IMG/VR virus record: IMGVR_UViG_3300044840_000027
Coordinates: 1 to 40,565 of that record
Origin: a virus
Lineage: Duplodnaviria; Caudoviricetes
Reading direction: 5' to 3' (one strand)
DNA: 40,565 nucleotides
Both the position numbers and the translations under genes were made by a program. Positions 17,165 through 25,957 of this stretch are shown one piece after another. The notes beneath the pieces were generated by a model. The model was not told the DNA's origin. It did not search any database and saw only the letters and a program-made list of their open reading frames with translations. How positions within the stretch are numbered: position 1 is the stretch's first letter; every line of letters starts with the position of its first letter.

Positions 17165-17523
17165 TGCTTGGCCTTCTCGAGGTCGGCCTCGGAGAGGCCC
17201 GAGAGTTCCTGCGCTATGAGGACCAGCGGCTTCAGGCCCGCCATCCCGAGGCCCTCGAGCGCGACCCGGTCGGCCGGCTCGAACAGCGGCTCCTTCGTGT
17301 CCGGGTCGACCAGGCACATCTGGAGAAGGAAGCCGAGCGGCGCGTCGGCGCCCTTCGCGACGGCCTCCTCGAACTCTCTCGACTGCTTGCCGGTGAGCTC
17401 GCGGACGACTACGTCGACGTCGCCGTCGGGCCCGGGGAGCGTCGACGCGCGCTCGGCGAGGACGCCGACCCGCGAAAGGATCTGTTCACGACGCGAGGAA
17501 GAAGCAGTCACCGTCGATGTCAA
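17122..17523 (-). CDS. Tail assembly chaperone G
   Basis: VVVRELTG..CLVDPDTKEPLF..D; between tail tube and TMP. Confidence 0.8.
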   Translation of the reverse strand: MTSTVTASSSRREQILSRVGVLAERASTLPGPDGDVDVVVRELTGKQSREFEEAVAKGADAPLGFLLQMCLVDPDTKEPLFEPADRVALEGLGMAGLKPLVLIAQELSGLSEADLEKAKQSLLNAPRNGSTSS

Positions 17524-18130
17524 AGCTGAGATCCTCCTCTTCGAGGGACGCCACGTTGGTCTTAAGGGCGTCCTGCTTGAGCCGGGCGAACATCTCGTAA
17601 CGCGGCCCGGCCGGCTGGGCGGTCGCGTCGACGTAGAGCACGAGGACGAGGCGCCCGCCGAGAAGGGCCCTCATCGTGTCGTCCTGGTAGAACCGCTTCA
17701 CGCTCGCCGTCCCGTCGCCGACCTGAGTCGCCACGTGGAACTTCGAGTTCATTCCGAAGACGGTCGCGTCGAGGAGGGCGACCTGCGGGTTGAGGTCCCA
17801 CTCCTTCCCGCCGGCGACCTTCGCGAAGGGTAGGTAGGAGCCGCTCGTCACCTGGATCTGGGCGAGCGGCGAGAGCTGGCGGGCGACCACGAAGGTCACG
17901 ATCCCGCCGACGTTCTGGACCGTGTCCGGGACGACCGGATTCCACGTGCCGCCAGAGTCGAGCGACTGGCGGAAGACGAGCGCCGTATTGGGGTCCCAAT
18001 ACCGCTTGACCGGGTTCGTGACCGTGTAGATCTTCCGGGTCCCGTCCCCCGTCATCGGCTCGTTGGTCATCGCGATCGGCGCCCCGGACGTTATGTAGAC
18101 GTCGGAGACCTTTCCCTTTACAACGGCCAT
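17486..18130 (-). CDS. Second tail tube paralogue with inserted domain
   Basis: MAVVKGKVSDVY[insert]KVAGGKEWDLN..LDATVFG..LYVDAT..SFDIDG aligns by eye with 18131..18511. Confidence 0.7.
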   Translation of the reverse strand: MAVVKGKVSDVYITSGAPIAMTNEPMTGDGTRKIYTVTNPVKRYWDPNTALVFRQSLDSGGTWNPVVPDTVQNVGGIVTFVVARQLSPLAQIQVTSGSYLPFAKVAGGKEWDLNPQVALLDATVFGMNSKFHVATQVGDGTASVKRFYQDDTMRALLGGRLVLVLYVDATAQPAGPRYEMFARLKQDALKTNVASLEEEDLSFDIDGDCFFLAS

Positions 18131-18511
18131 CTAGCTGTACGCCCAGTCCCCGTTGGCCTGGAAGTCGAACTGGATCTCGACGACGCCGGCGACGGCCGAC
18201 TTCATCGGGGTCGTCTTAATCAGCGCCGGGCCGGCGTACTTGTGGGTCGCGTCGACGAAGAGGTTCAGCGTGACCTGGGTCCCGGCGAGCATCGCGTTGC
18301 GGAGCGCGAGCTGGGAGGCGTCGGTCATGTCGTGGCGACCCTTGAACGTCCCCGAGCCGTCCATCAGGCCGACCGTCCGCGACTTCGAGGTCGCGCCGAA
18401 CGGGGTCGTCTCGATGAGGTCGGCGGTCGGGTTGTAGGTCCAGTCGTCGATCTCGGCGATCGTTACGGCGCCGAGTTGGACCTTGCCGATCTTGCCTGCG
18501 GTCGTTGCCAT
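18131..18511 (-). CDS. Major tail tube protein
   Basis: GKIGKV..IAEIDDWT..IETTPFG..GLMDGSGTF..FDFQANG; strong RBS AAGGAGG. Confidence 0.85.
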   Translation of the reverse strand: MATTAGKIGKVQLGAVTIAEIDDWTYNPTADLIETTPFGATSKSRTVGLMDGSGTFKGRHDMTDASQLALRNAMLAGTQVTLNLFVDATHKYAGPALIKTTPMKSAVAGVVEIQFDFQANGDWAYS

Positions 18512-18523
18512 TGCTTGCCCTCC

Positions 18524-18934
18524 TTAAGGCTGAGAGACTTCGATGCGGTAGTTGGCGATTAGGTGGCGGAGCTCGACCGTGTCGAACTCCTTCTGCGCGG
18601 TTCCGGATTCGTATGCGCTCATCCAGCACTTCCAGCCGGCGGGATCGGGGAGGAGCGTGTCGTCGAGCAGGACGTTGAGCCGTTCGAGGATCGCCTCGAC
18701 CTCCTTAAAGCCGGGGACGTCGGAGAACGCGCTGATGACGACGAGGAGGCTCCGGCCGTTCTTCCCGAAGACGTTGTTAGGCGTCTCGACGATGTCGCCG
18801 ATCTCGATGTACGGATAGGAGCGGCCCTCGGGGACGGCGTCGTAAACGGGGGCGAGGCCGGTCAGGATCGAGTCGCCGCCGAGGAGGGCGATCACCGTCG
18901 CCTGGACCGCCGCCATCGCGGTCGAGTTAGCCAT
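18524..18934 (-). CDS. Tail terminator (DUF3168-like)
   Basis: Start re-called to ATG 18934; VQATVIALL..VYDAVP..PYIEIGD. Confidence 0.85.
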   Translation of the reverse strand: MANSTAMAAVQATVIALLGGDSILTGLAPVYDAVPEGRSYPYIEIGDIVETPNNVFGKNGRSLLVVISAFSDVPGFKEVEAILERLNVLLDDTLLPDPAGWKCWMSAYESGTAQKEFDTVELRHLIANYRIEVSQP

Positions 18935-19292
18935 CGGCCACCGCCCGGATCTTCGACGTCGCCTCGGCCTTAAGGATCGCTCGGCCGACCTCCGCCGCCG
19001 GCCGGAGGAACGGCTGCGCGTGAGTGTGCGAGGTGCCCACCTCGAGGAAGAGGGCGATCGGGCGTCCGCCGTGGCTACCCGCCGAGCCGACCTTAAGCGT
19101 CCCGCCCGCACCCTCGGTGAGCTCGAGCGAGTCGTGGACCTGGCGCGTCTTCCCGATCCGGACCCGACGCCTCGCTTCGGCGAGGACGGCCTCCCCGGTC
19201 GCCCGCTTGGCCGAGCCGACAGCCTTCTTGATCGCGGCCTCCGTCTCGGGGATATGGGAGATGAACGTCACTTGCGGAATTGCTCCTCGCAC
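18927..19292 (-). CDS. HK97 gp10-like neck/tail component
   Basis: FLEVGTSHTHAQPFLRPA motif; start uncertain. Confidence 0.85.
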   Translation of the reverse strand: MRGAIPQVTFISHIPETEAAIKKAVGSAKRATGEAVLAEARRRVRIGKTRQVHDSLELTEGAGGTLKVGSAGSHGGRPIALFLEVGTSHTHAQPFLRPAAEVGRAILKAEATSKIRAVADG

Positions 19293-19681
19293 ATGAGCGA
19301 GAGCAAGACGTGCTGCTCGCTGTAGTCGGTCACCGTGTGGATGTCGAAGGTCCGCGTCCCGTAGCGGACCCTCATCGTTGGATCGACCCCGGTCTGGAAA
19401 GGGATGAGGATCTCGTGGGTCTCCGCCTGTCCGATCCCGCCCTCGGCGGCTCGCTCCGTTCCGGCGAGGCCCTCGATCGAGCCGAGGACGTCGAAGGTGT
19501 TACTGAACGTCCGCGTCTTCCCGCCCTGGCCGTCGTCGAGCTCGACGAGGCTCTGGAGTAGGAGCCGGCAGTTAAAGCGCCGGGCGAAGTGGCCGAGGAG
19601 CCGAGGGTCGAGGACCGCCCGCGCCGGCGACGGCTGCCCGATCGTCCAGGCGAGGACGAGGGCTCGGTTAACCGACGTCAT
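19268..19681 (-). CDS. Head closure protein (SPP1 gp16-like)
   Basis: DDGQGG..THEILI..VDPTMRVRYGTRTFDI..LMCEE. Confidence 0.85.
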   Translation of the reverse strand: MTSVNRALVLAWTIGQPSPARAVLDPRLLGHFARRFNCRLLLQSLVELDDGQGGKTRTFSNTFDVLGSIEGLAGTERAAEGGIGQAETHEILIPFQTGVDPTMRVRYGTRTFDIHTVTDYSEQHVLLSLMCEEQFRK

Positions 19682-20083
19682 CTACGTCGAGTTGCGAAGC
19701 ATTTCGGCAACCAATCTGTCGCGGTAGGAGAACGGATCCACGACCATCTCGGCCCAGGTAATCGGGGAGACGCCGGCGCCGTCGTCGCCCATATAGCACC
19801 GCTCCCGGAGCGCCATCGCCTGTTCGTGCAGAGCCGTCGCGACGAACTGGCCCTGCATCGCGACGCCGGCGAACTTCGTCACGCCCTGAACGATCGCGGC
19901 GCGGGCCGCCTTCGTATCGAGGACGGAGGCCGCACCGAGGAGAACGACGCCTCCCGAGAGGGAGAGGAAGGCGTCGATCTCCGGGTCGGCAAAGTCGGCG
20001 TAGGCGGGTTCGGAGTCGACGGCGAGGAGGCGGACGAGGCCCCTCGGCGTAGTCGGGTCATAGGTGAATGGGGTCGCTCCCAT
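19682..20083 (-). CDS. Head-tail adaptor
   Basis: FTYDPTT..VRLL..D..FADPEIDAFL; located after the capsid gene. Confidence 0.75.
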   Translation of the reverse strand: MGATPFTYDPTTPRGLVRLLAVDSEPAYADFADPEIDAFLSLSGGVVLLGAASVLDTKAARAAIVQGVTKFAGVAMQGQFVATALHEQAMALRERCYMGDDGAGVSPITWAEMVVDPFSYRDRLVAEMLRNST

Positions 20084-20212
20084 CTATTCGCGCCTCCCCT
20101 TCGGTTCCCGCAGGCGCACGGTGCCCTTCGGAGGCGGTGGCGGGCCGTGGCGCTTTACCACGGCCCGCTCGATCCGCCGCAGGAGCTCGGCGATCCGGCT
20201 CCCTTCCTTCAC
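20084..20212 (-). CDS. Small basic protein, 42 aa
   Basis: GTG 20212, 2 nt after capsid stop; MKEGSRIAELLRRIERAVVKRHGPPPPPKGTVRLREPKGRRE. Confidence 0.5.
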   Translation of the reverse strand: MKEGSRIAELLRRIERAVVKRHGPPPPPKGTVRLREPKGRRE

Positions 20213-20214
20213 GC

Positions 20215-21405
20215 TTAGACGCCCGTTCCGTTCGAGGCGACGGCCATCTTCGGATCCAGCCGCGTTCCGCCGAAGACGTGGCGGATCTTGTACTGGATGG
20301 AGTCGGTGTCGAAGTCCCCCTCCGACGGGTCCGTGACCCCGCCGCCCAGGAGCTGGGAGTCGGCGAGCTTCACGAAGGTCTCGGGGTTCTCGTGTCCGCG
20401 GAGGAACCCCATCTCGACCGCCGGCCGACCCTCGGCCGGAGAAGCGAAGAGGTACCAGGAGGTGTTCCCGTTGGTGGTCGAGACGACCGGGAGGTAGGCG
20501 TCGACGGCGAGCGAGGTCAGCGACCGCATCCAGTTCTCCGCGTGGATCTGCTGGTTGGTCGTGCCGCCGCCCAGATCGCCGGTGATCCAGACCTCGGTTG
20601 CCATCAGGATGTTCTTCGCCGTCACCTTCAGCGCGGGCGGGACGGCGAGGCAGACGGCGTCGATGGCGATCGGCTCGCCGTCCTTGTCGAGCTGCCGGGC
20701 GAGCACCGTGTAGGCGTTCTGGAGACCGGCGATCGAGAGGACCGGGTTCGCGAGGGCGGACCCGTTGGCGAGGATGATCTGGTTCTTGTTGCCAGACGAG
20801 AACATGGTCGCGTGCGGCCCGTTCGCGTCGGCGATCAGCTGGGTCGCGAACTTCTCCTCCGACCGCCAGGCACCGCGCGCCATGCGTCCGGGGATGGACT
20901 TGAGGCCGTCGAGGTCGTCGTTGACCATCGACTCCCACGCGAAGGCGATCCGGCGGCCGTACTTGCCGACGGCGTACTGGTAACGAGTATCCGAGAGGTT
21001 CGCCTCCGGATACTGGTCACCCTGCGGGACGGCAGCGAGGACGGCCTCGGAGCCGTCGACCGCAAAGCGGTTGACGTTGCGGAAGTCGGGGACGGTTCCC
21101 CGCCTCGCCCAGAGCGGCCACGACTTCGGAGCCGCGACGTAGTCGGCGAGCATCTCGCGGTCGATGATGTCGGCGAACAGGAGCGGGAAGTCGCCGGTGG
21201 TCAGAGCTTCCTGGAGGAGCGCGATCGGGCGACCGGGTCGCCCTTCGAGCACCTCGTTGTAGAACCGCTTCGCCTCGATCAGCTTCCGCTGGTAGTCGGG
21301 GCGAGAACGGAACGCCTCCCGCTGCCGACGCAGCGAGGGTCCGAAGAGGCCGGTCGAAGCCGTCCTCTCGGCGTCGAAGTTGTCGATTGTTTCACGCAAT
21401 TCCAC
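20215..21405 (-). CDS. Major capsid protein (HK97 fold, Mu gpT-like family)
   Basis: Start re-called to GTG 21405 with GGAGGT; TTGDFPLL..VPDFR..KYGRRIAFAWESMVNDDL..LAVPPAL..YKIRHVFG. Confidence 0.9.
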   Translation of the reverse strand: MELRETIDNFDAERTASTGLFGPSLRRQREAFRSRPDYQRKLIEAKRFYNEVLEGRPGRPIALLQEALTTGDFPLLFADIIDREMLADYVAAPKSWPLWARRGTVPDFRNVNRFAVDGSEAVLAAVPQGDQYPEANLSDTRYQYAVGKYGRRIAFAWESMVNDDLDGLKSIPGRMARGAWRSEEKFATQLIADANGPHATMFSSGNKNQIILANGSALANPVLSIAGLQNAYTVLARQLDKDGEPIAIDAVCLAVPPALKVTAKNILMATEVWITGDLGGGTTNQQIHAENWMRSLTSLAVDAYLPVVSTTNGNTSWYLFASPAEGRPAVEMGFLRGHENPETFVKLADSQLLGGGVTDPSEGDFDTDSIQYKIRHVFGGTRLDPKMAVASNGTGV

Positions 21406-21425
21406 GGTGGGTTTTACCTCCCCCC

Positions 21426-21947
21426 TTAGTTCGAGCCGACGAGCTTGGCCGAAACCTGCGCCGCCCCGGCACCGAGAGTGACGAGCGACTTCGCGATGAG
21501 TAGGTTGCCGGCGGCGGTCTGCGTAAGCACCCCAGTTCCGGGGATCGCATAGATCGGGTCGCCCGGGGAGATACCCGTGACGACGACGAACGAGGGAAGG
21601 AGCCAGACGCCCTCGGTATGAAGTACCGCGACGCCGTTGCCGTCCTTGGCCGACTCGACGATCCCGGCGAATCCGGCGGTCGCGCCGACCGCCGACTGGC
21701 AAACGCCGACCGAGCCCGCTGTAACTCCGCCGGCGGTCAGCGTGATCGAGAGCGGGGATCCCTTGACCCGGAGCCGGTTGACGGCGCCGTAGATGTAGAC
21801 GCCCTCCTTCTGGAGCTTGCGGAGCGCCTTGATGGTCGCCCGGACCTCGGCTCGGCTCCTCTTCTCGAGGGAGCCGACGTTGCCGTAGGCGAGGCGGAAG
21901 AAGAGGTCAGCGACCTCCTCTGCGAATCGCAGGAACAGCTTGGTCAT
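21426..21947 (-). CDS. Capsid cement/decoration protein (DUF2190-like) with N-terminal extension
   Basis: TEGVWLLP..GDPIY..LT.TAAGN; directly before the capsid gene; first 54 aa or so are a charged extension. Confidence 0.7.
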   Translation of the reverse strand: MTKLFLRFAEEVADLFFRLAYGNVGSLEKRSRAEVRATIKALRKLQKEGVYIYGAVNRLRVKGSPLSITLTAGGVTAGSVGVCQSAVGATAGFAGIVESAKDGNGVAVLHTEGVWLLPSFVVVTGISPGDPIYAIPGTGVLTQTAAGNLLIAKSLVTLGAGAAQVSAKLVGSN

Positions 21948-21951
21948 GGTT

Positions 21952-23619
21952 TTACCGCCTCCCCGAGGCAGCGAACTTCGCCGCCGACTCCGTCATGCCG
22001 CCACGCACGAACTCGGCTTCGAGCTCCTGCGTGAGATCCTCGCCGCCCGCGGGAAGGCTCGAACCCATCCCTCGGATCTTTCCGGCGCTGGTGAGCTTCG
22101 CGAGGTACTCGACCTCGTCGGCGATCGCCGCGTCGACGCGCGACTCGAAGGCCGCGACGTCGAGCTTGCCGTCCTTCGCCGGCGGGTTCTCCGCGAGCGT
22201 CGGAGCGAGGCGCGTCCGAGTCACGTCCGGAAGCGCCGCCTCGGCGAGCTTCCCGGTCACGATCTTCTCCGCCTCGATGAGGACGAGCCGCTCTTCGGCT
22301 CGCTGCCGACCTGCTCGCTCCTCGATGAATTTGGGGTCCTTCTCGACCTCCATGTGTCCTGCCTCCTTAGTAGGCGTGGTCGAACCGAGAGGGAGACGCT
22401 GGCGGGCAGCCTCGAACAACTGAAGGACCTGGCCGCCAGCGCCAGGGAAGGTCACGAAGTCGATCGACTCGACGTCGACGAGCTCCTCGATGATCGGGCC
22501 CGTCTGACCCTCGGCCTCGCCCATCGACGCCTTCCCGTAGGCGCGAATCGAGACGCCGATCGACGGAGCGAGCTCGTTAACGACGGGGGCGAAGTTCTCG
22601 AAGACGCGCGTCTTCGCGTAGAGGCCGGGCCCCTGGGGGTTGCCTTCCTTGTCGGGCCACCCGATCGGATCCCAAACGGCGTCGGTGATCGTCTCGGCGG
22701 CGAGGTCGCGGAGGCTCCGCTCGGGACGCTCCCACTCCTCGGTCATCGTCGGGTGGTCCCAGAACATCTTGGTGCCGGCCGCGAAGACGGTCGGCCCGTC
22801 GCGCTCGAGAACCTCGGGCGCGTAGTAGCCGGAGGAGCCCCAGCCCGGCTTGATGACCTTGATACCTCCCGTCCCGTCCTCGCCGATAGCCGCCTCGGAG
22901 ATAGCGACGAGGTCGGTCCGGAGCGGTCGCGCCTCGCGGAGCGTCCGGAGTCCTTCGCGCGGCTTGATCCCGCCGCCCGACGCGAGGAGCCGCTTCCGCG
23001 CCGCCTCCCAGCCGAAGAGGTCCATCCCGCCCATCGAGTCGGCGACGTCCTCCGGCCCGCCGATCTCTGCGACCTCGATCTGCATCCACTGCATGAGCGC
23101 CGAGAAGGCGACCTGGAGGATCGGGAGTTCGTCTGGCTCGTCCGACTCGGCCGACATCAGGTCGAGGAGCATCGAGATGATGTAGGCGCCGTCGGCGGCG
23201 TCGTCGGCCGAGGACGAGTAAGCCTCGGCGACCTTAGCGAGGCGAGCTCGGCGGGCCTCCTTCTTGACGTCCTTTGCGAGGCCGGATCCGCCGCAGTCGG
23301 GGCAGTCGAGGTTGCCTTCGCGGATCTTCCCCTCGCCCTCGCAGGTCGCGCACTTCGCCTCGGGGTCAGCCGCCTCGTCGGTCTCCGCGGCGTCCGCCTC
23401 GAGGGCGGAAAGGACGGAGGCGATGGCCTCCTGGGCGGAGCGGAGCTTCTCCTCGTTCGCGGCTGAGAGGACGCGGCCGGCCTCGGCGAGACGCGCGCTG
23501 GCTGCGCGGAGCCCGGCGCGCTCGATCTGGATATACGGGACGGGCGTCCTGGTCGGAGACGTAAGGGACTCCCGGATGACGCCCTCCCGGATCAGCCGCT
23601 TGCGTAGTTTCGTCGTCAC
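21952..23619 (-). CDS. Prohead protease-scaffold fusion (T4 gp21-like family)
   Basis: GYYAPEVL..WDHP (His)..GVSIRAYG (Ser)..IDFVTFPGAGG (Asp); helical C-terminal scaffold; N-terminal GRVLSAANE and CxxCxGxG motifs. Confidence 0.85.
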   Translation of the reverse strand: MTTKLRKRLIREGVIRESLTSPTRTPVPYIQIERAGLRAASARLAEAGRVLSAANEEKLRSAQEAIASVLSALEADAAETDEAADPEAKCATCEGEGKIREGNLDCPDCGGSGLAKDVKKEARRARLAKVAEAYSSSADDAADGAYIISMLLDLMSAESDEPDELPILQVAFSALMQWMQIEVAEIGGPEDVADSMGGMDLFGWEAARKRLLASGGGIKPREGLRTLREARPLRTDLVAISEAAIGEDGTGGIKVIKPGWGSSGYYAPEVLERDGPTVFAAGTKMFWDHPTMTEEWERPERSLRDLAAETITDAVWDPIGWPDKEGNPQGPGLYAKTRVFENFAPVVNELAPSIGVSIRAYGKASMGEAEGQTGPIIEELVDVESIDFVTFPGAGGQVLQLFEAARQRLPLGSTTPTKEAGHMEVEKDPKFIEERAGRQRAEERLVLIEAEKIVTGKLAEAALPDVTRTRLAPTLAENPPAKDGKLDVAAFESRVDAAIADEVEYLAKLTSAGKIRGMGSSLPAGGEDLTQELEAEFVRGGMTESAAKFAASGRR

Positions 23620-23632
23620 GGGTGGAACCTCC

Positions 23633-25243
23633 TTAGTGGCTCAGGGCCAGCAAGTCCTCGTCGATCTCCGCGAGCAAGACTTCGCGGTTCGCGCTCCAGT
23701 CGTCGTCGAGTCGCCAGGACGCCCGGAGCGGGACGCCCGCCGTGTCATGAATCTGCCAGTGGAGCTCGAGGGTCGAGCCGACGCTAGAGCCGACCTTCCA
23801 GGCGAGGACGAGCTCGGAGCGGACGGCGACCGGCGTCGAGGGTTCGGGGGTCGCGGGCGGCCTGACGATAATCACGCGACCCGGCCGTCCTCCCGGGAAG
23901 ACGAAGGCGGCCGCGTCGCCGGCTATCCCCCAGGCGAGGGTGAGCGGTCGGCCGACGCGGGCGTTGCCGAGGATTCTCCAGCCGGCCGCAACTGCGGGCC
24001 CGACCTTCGCGTGGATTCGCCACGTAGACAGTTGCGTGGCTGACGCTACGGCCCGCACCCGCCAAGAGAGGACTCTCGAGCCCACCACGGTTTGACGGAT
24101 GCGCCAAGAGGCAGCCCTGGCGGCGACGACGGTCGAGCGGATCCGATAGGAGAACGTCTTCGCCGACCCGACCGCGACCCGGATCCGCCACGTCGACGCC
24201 AGCGCCTTGCCGACCGAACCGCGGAGCCTCCAAGCGTCGGTCTCCGAGAGGCCGACTGTCGTGTGGAGCCGCCATGAAAGCGCGCGACCGAGGCCGACGG
24301 TCGTCCGAATTCGCCACGAAGCCGCTCGAGCGAGGCCGACGAGGGCCCGGATCCGCCACGAGAACGACTTCGCGAGGCCGACTGTCGTGCGGATCCGCCA
24401 GCTTATGGCGAGGGCGAGGCCGACCTGGATGGCGGCGGTCGTGGCCGGCGGCGAGGGAGTCTGGAATCGGAAAGCCTGCCGGCGGAGGTTCCGGTAGGCG
24501 AAGCCGCCGAGTAATCGGCCGGGCCGTAGCATCTGCCACGCGAGCCGCCGGCGAGGCGTCGGAGGAGCGCCTCCTCCTCCCGCGACGGTGCGGATCGCGA
24601 CCATCACGATCGACTCGTTGCCGGTTCCCGACGTATAGGCCGGGCCGCCAGTATTGCTCGAGATGGTTCCGGTCGTCGTCCGGACCATCCATTCGTAGTG
24701 CGGCTTCGCGCTCGCCGTGTAGGTGAAGCCGGCGGTCATTCCAGTGGCAACGAAGTCGATTACGTCGGCCGAGCTCGAGCCGATGACGCAGATTACGACG
24801 GTGCTGGCGGCGATAGTCGTGATCGAGGCGGGCCCGACGAGACCGCCGGCGATCGCTGCGTCCCGAACCGCCGAGTTGTCGACCGTGAAGCCGGGACCGG
24901 TAAAGCCGCTGAACTCGTCGACGCTCGCTGCATAGGTGTCGGTCGCGCCGGTCGTATGTAAGACGATCGTGTCGCCGCTAACGAGAGCCGTCCCGAGGAG
25001 CGAGCCCCACACTTCCGCTCGAACGGTCCCTATGCCTGCCGCGGGGCGGGCGGACGACCAGCCGTTGCCCTTCGAGTCGGTAACGCTCGTAATCGCCCCG
25101 ACGCCGAGGCAGTTCACTGCTTCGAGGACGAGGAGGTCGCCCGAGGCGGCTCCTGCCGCGGCGACGGTTAGCGTGACTGCGTTAGCGGATCCGACCGCGC
25201 CCGCCGCGCCGTTATTGCAGACGTTCCGGACGAAGGCGGCCAG
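23633..25243 (-). CDS. Repeat-containing virion fibre-like protein, probable CTG start
   Basis: Frame open upstream of track start to CTG 25243 (AAFVRNVCNNG); ITSVTDSKGNGWS beta domain; about 15 copies of a 14-aa repeat ending SWRIR. Confidence 0.7.
   Translation of the reverse strand: MAAFVRNVCNNGAAGAVGSANAVTLTVAAAGAASGDLLVLEAVNCLGVGAITSVTDSKGNGWSSARPAAGIGTVRAEVWGSLLGTALVSGDTIVLHTTGATDTYAASVDEFSGFTGPGFTVDNSAVRDAAIAGGLVGPASITTIAASTVVICVIGSSSADVIDFVATGMTAGFTYTASAKPHYEWMVRTTTGTISSNTGGPAYTSGTGNESIVMVAIRTVAGGGGAPPTPRRRLAWQMLRPGRLLGGFAYRNLRRQAFRFQTPSPPATTAAIQVGLALAISWRIRTTVGLAKSFSWRIRALVGLARAASWRIRTTVGLGRALSWRLHTTVGLSETDAWRLRGSVGKALASTWRIRVAVGSAKTFSYRIRSTVVAARAASWRIRQTVVGSRVLSWRVRAVASATQLSTWRIHAKVGPAVAAGWRILGNARVGRPLTLAWGIAGDAAAFVFPGGRPGRVIIVRPPATPEPSTPVAVRSELVLAWKVGSSVGSTLELHWQIHDTAGVPLRASWRLDDDWSANREVLLAEIDEDLLALSH
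23704..24430 (-). repeat. 42-bp / 14-aa coding repeat, about 15 copies
   Basis: TTVGLAKSFSWRIR, ALVGLARAASWRIR, TTVGLGRALSWRLH, GSVGKALASTWRIR and others. Confidence 0.9.
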
Positions 25244-25255
25244 GGCTTATTTAGC

Positions 25256-25957
25256 CTATGACCATAGGCTTAGGAGTTCGTAGAAGTTGGTCACCAAGCT
25301 GTTGCCCACGGCCGACGCGGACCACGTCGCCTGGAGGTCTAGGAAGGCGGAGCCGGAGAGGTCCGTCACGACCGCGGTCGGCGGGGTCGCGTTCTTAAGG
25401 GGGGTCGTGTTGTTGCCCGCTGCGGCGGTCGCGATCTGGGCGATCAGCCAGCCGGTCACGAGCATCGTCGAGGCGGCGCCCGAGGCGAGCTTCGTGACCC
25501 CGAAAATCTTTAGATACCAGTCGACGTTCGCGACGCCGGAGATCGCCGTGATCGCGGTGTGCTGAGCGAGCATCGTCGAGATCGTCGCGAAGACGGTCCC
25601 GAAGGTAACGCGGAAGGCGATCGTCGGCGTCGTCGCCGCCGTAACGCCGAGGATCCCCATCGCCTCCATCGTCCAGGTCGCGCCGAAAGTCTCGAAGTAG
25701 TCGACCCCGAACGGGCCGCGGTTGTCAGCCCCGATGACCGACTGCGGGCCGAGGAATGTGTTGTTAGTTACCGACCCCTTCAGGGCGGTCAAGGCGGTTA
25801 CCAATTGGGGCGCCCCGCCTCCTACCCGGCCTTCGCGTCGGAGGGCACGAGCCAGCTCCCAGCGCCGCTCCGCCTCGAGCTGTAGCGAGCTCCGGCGGAA
25901 CCGAGCGAGCTTCTCCTCGAGGGAGACCTCGGCCATACTCCGCGCGATGCGGATCAC
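25256..25957 (-). CDS. Beta-rich virion protein with charged N-terminal leader
   Basis: About 48 Arg/Glu-rich residues ending RREGRVGGG, then a Thr/Ala-rich beta domain. Confidence 0.65.
   Translation of the reverse strand: MIRIARSMAEVSLEEKLARFRRSSLQLEAERRWELARALRREGRVGGGAPQLVTALTALKGSVTNNTFLGPQSVIGADNRGPFGVDYFETFGATWTMEAMGILGVTAATTPTIAFRVTFGTVFATISTMLAQHTAITAISGVANVDWYLKIFGVTKLASGAASTMLVTGWLIAQIATAAAGNNTTPLKNATPPTAVVTDLSGSAFLDLQATWSASAVGNSLVTNFYELLSLWS

Noticed and set aside
13131-21702. Long Arg-rich N-termini in the ORF track for Dit (15566), tail terminator (19111) and capsid (21702)
   Set aside because: They overlap real upstream genes in another frame; internal starts with RBS or stop-start overlaps fit better
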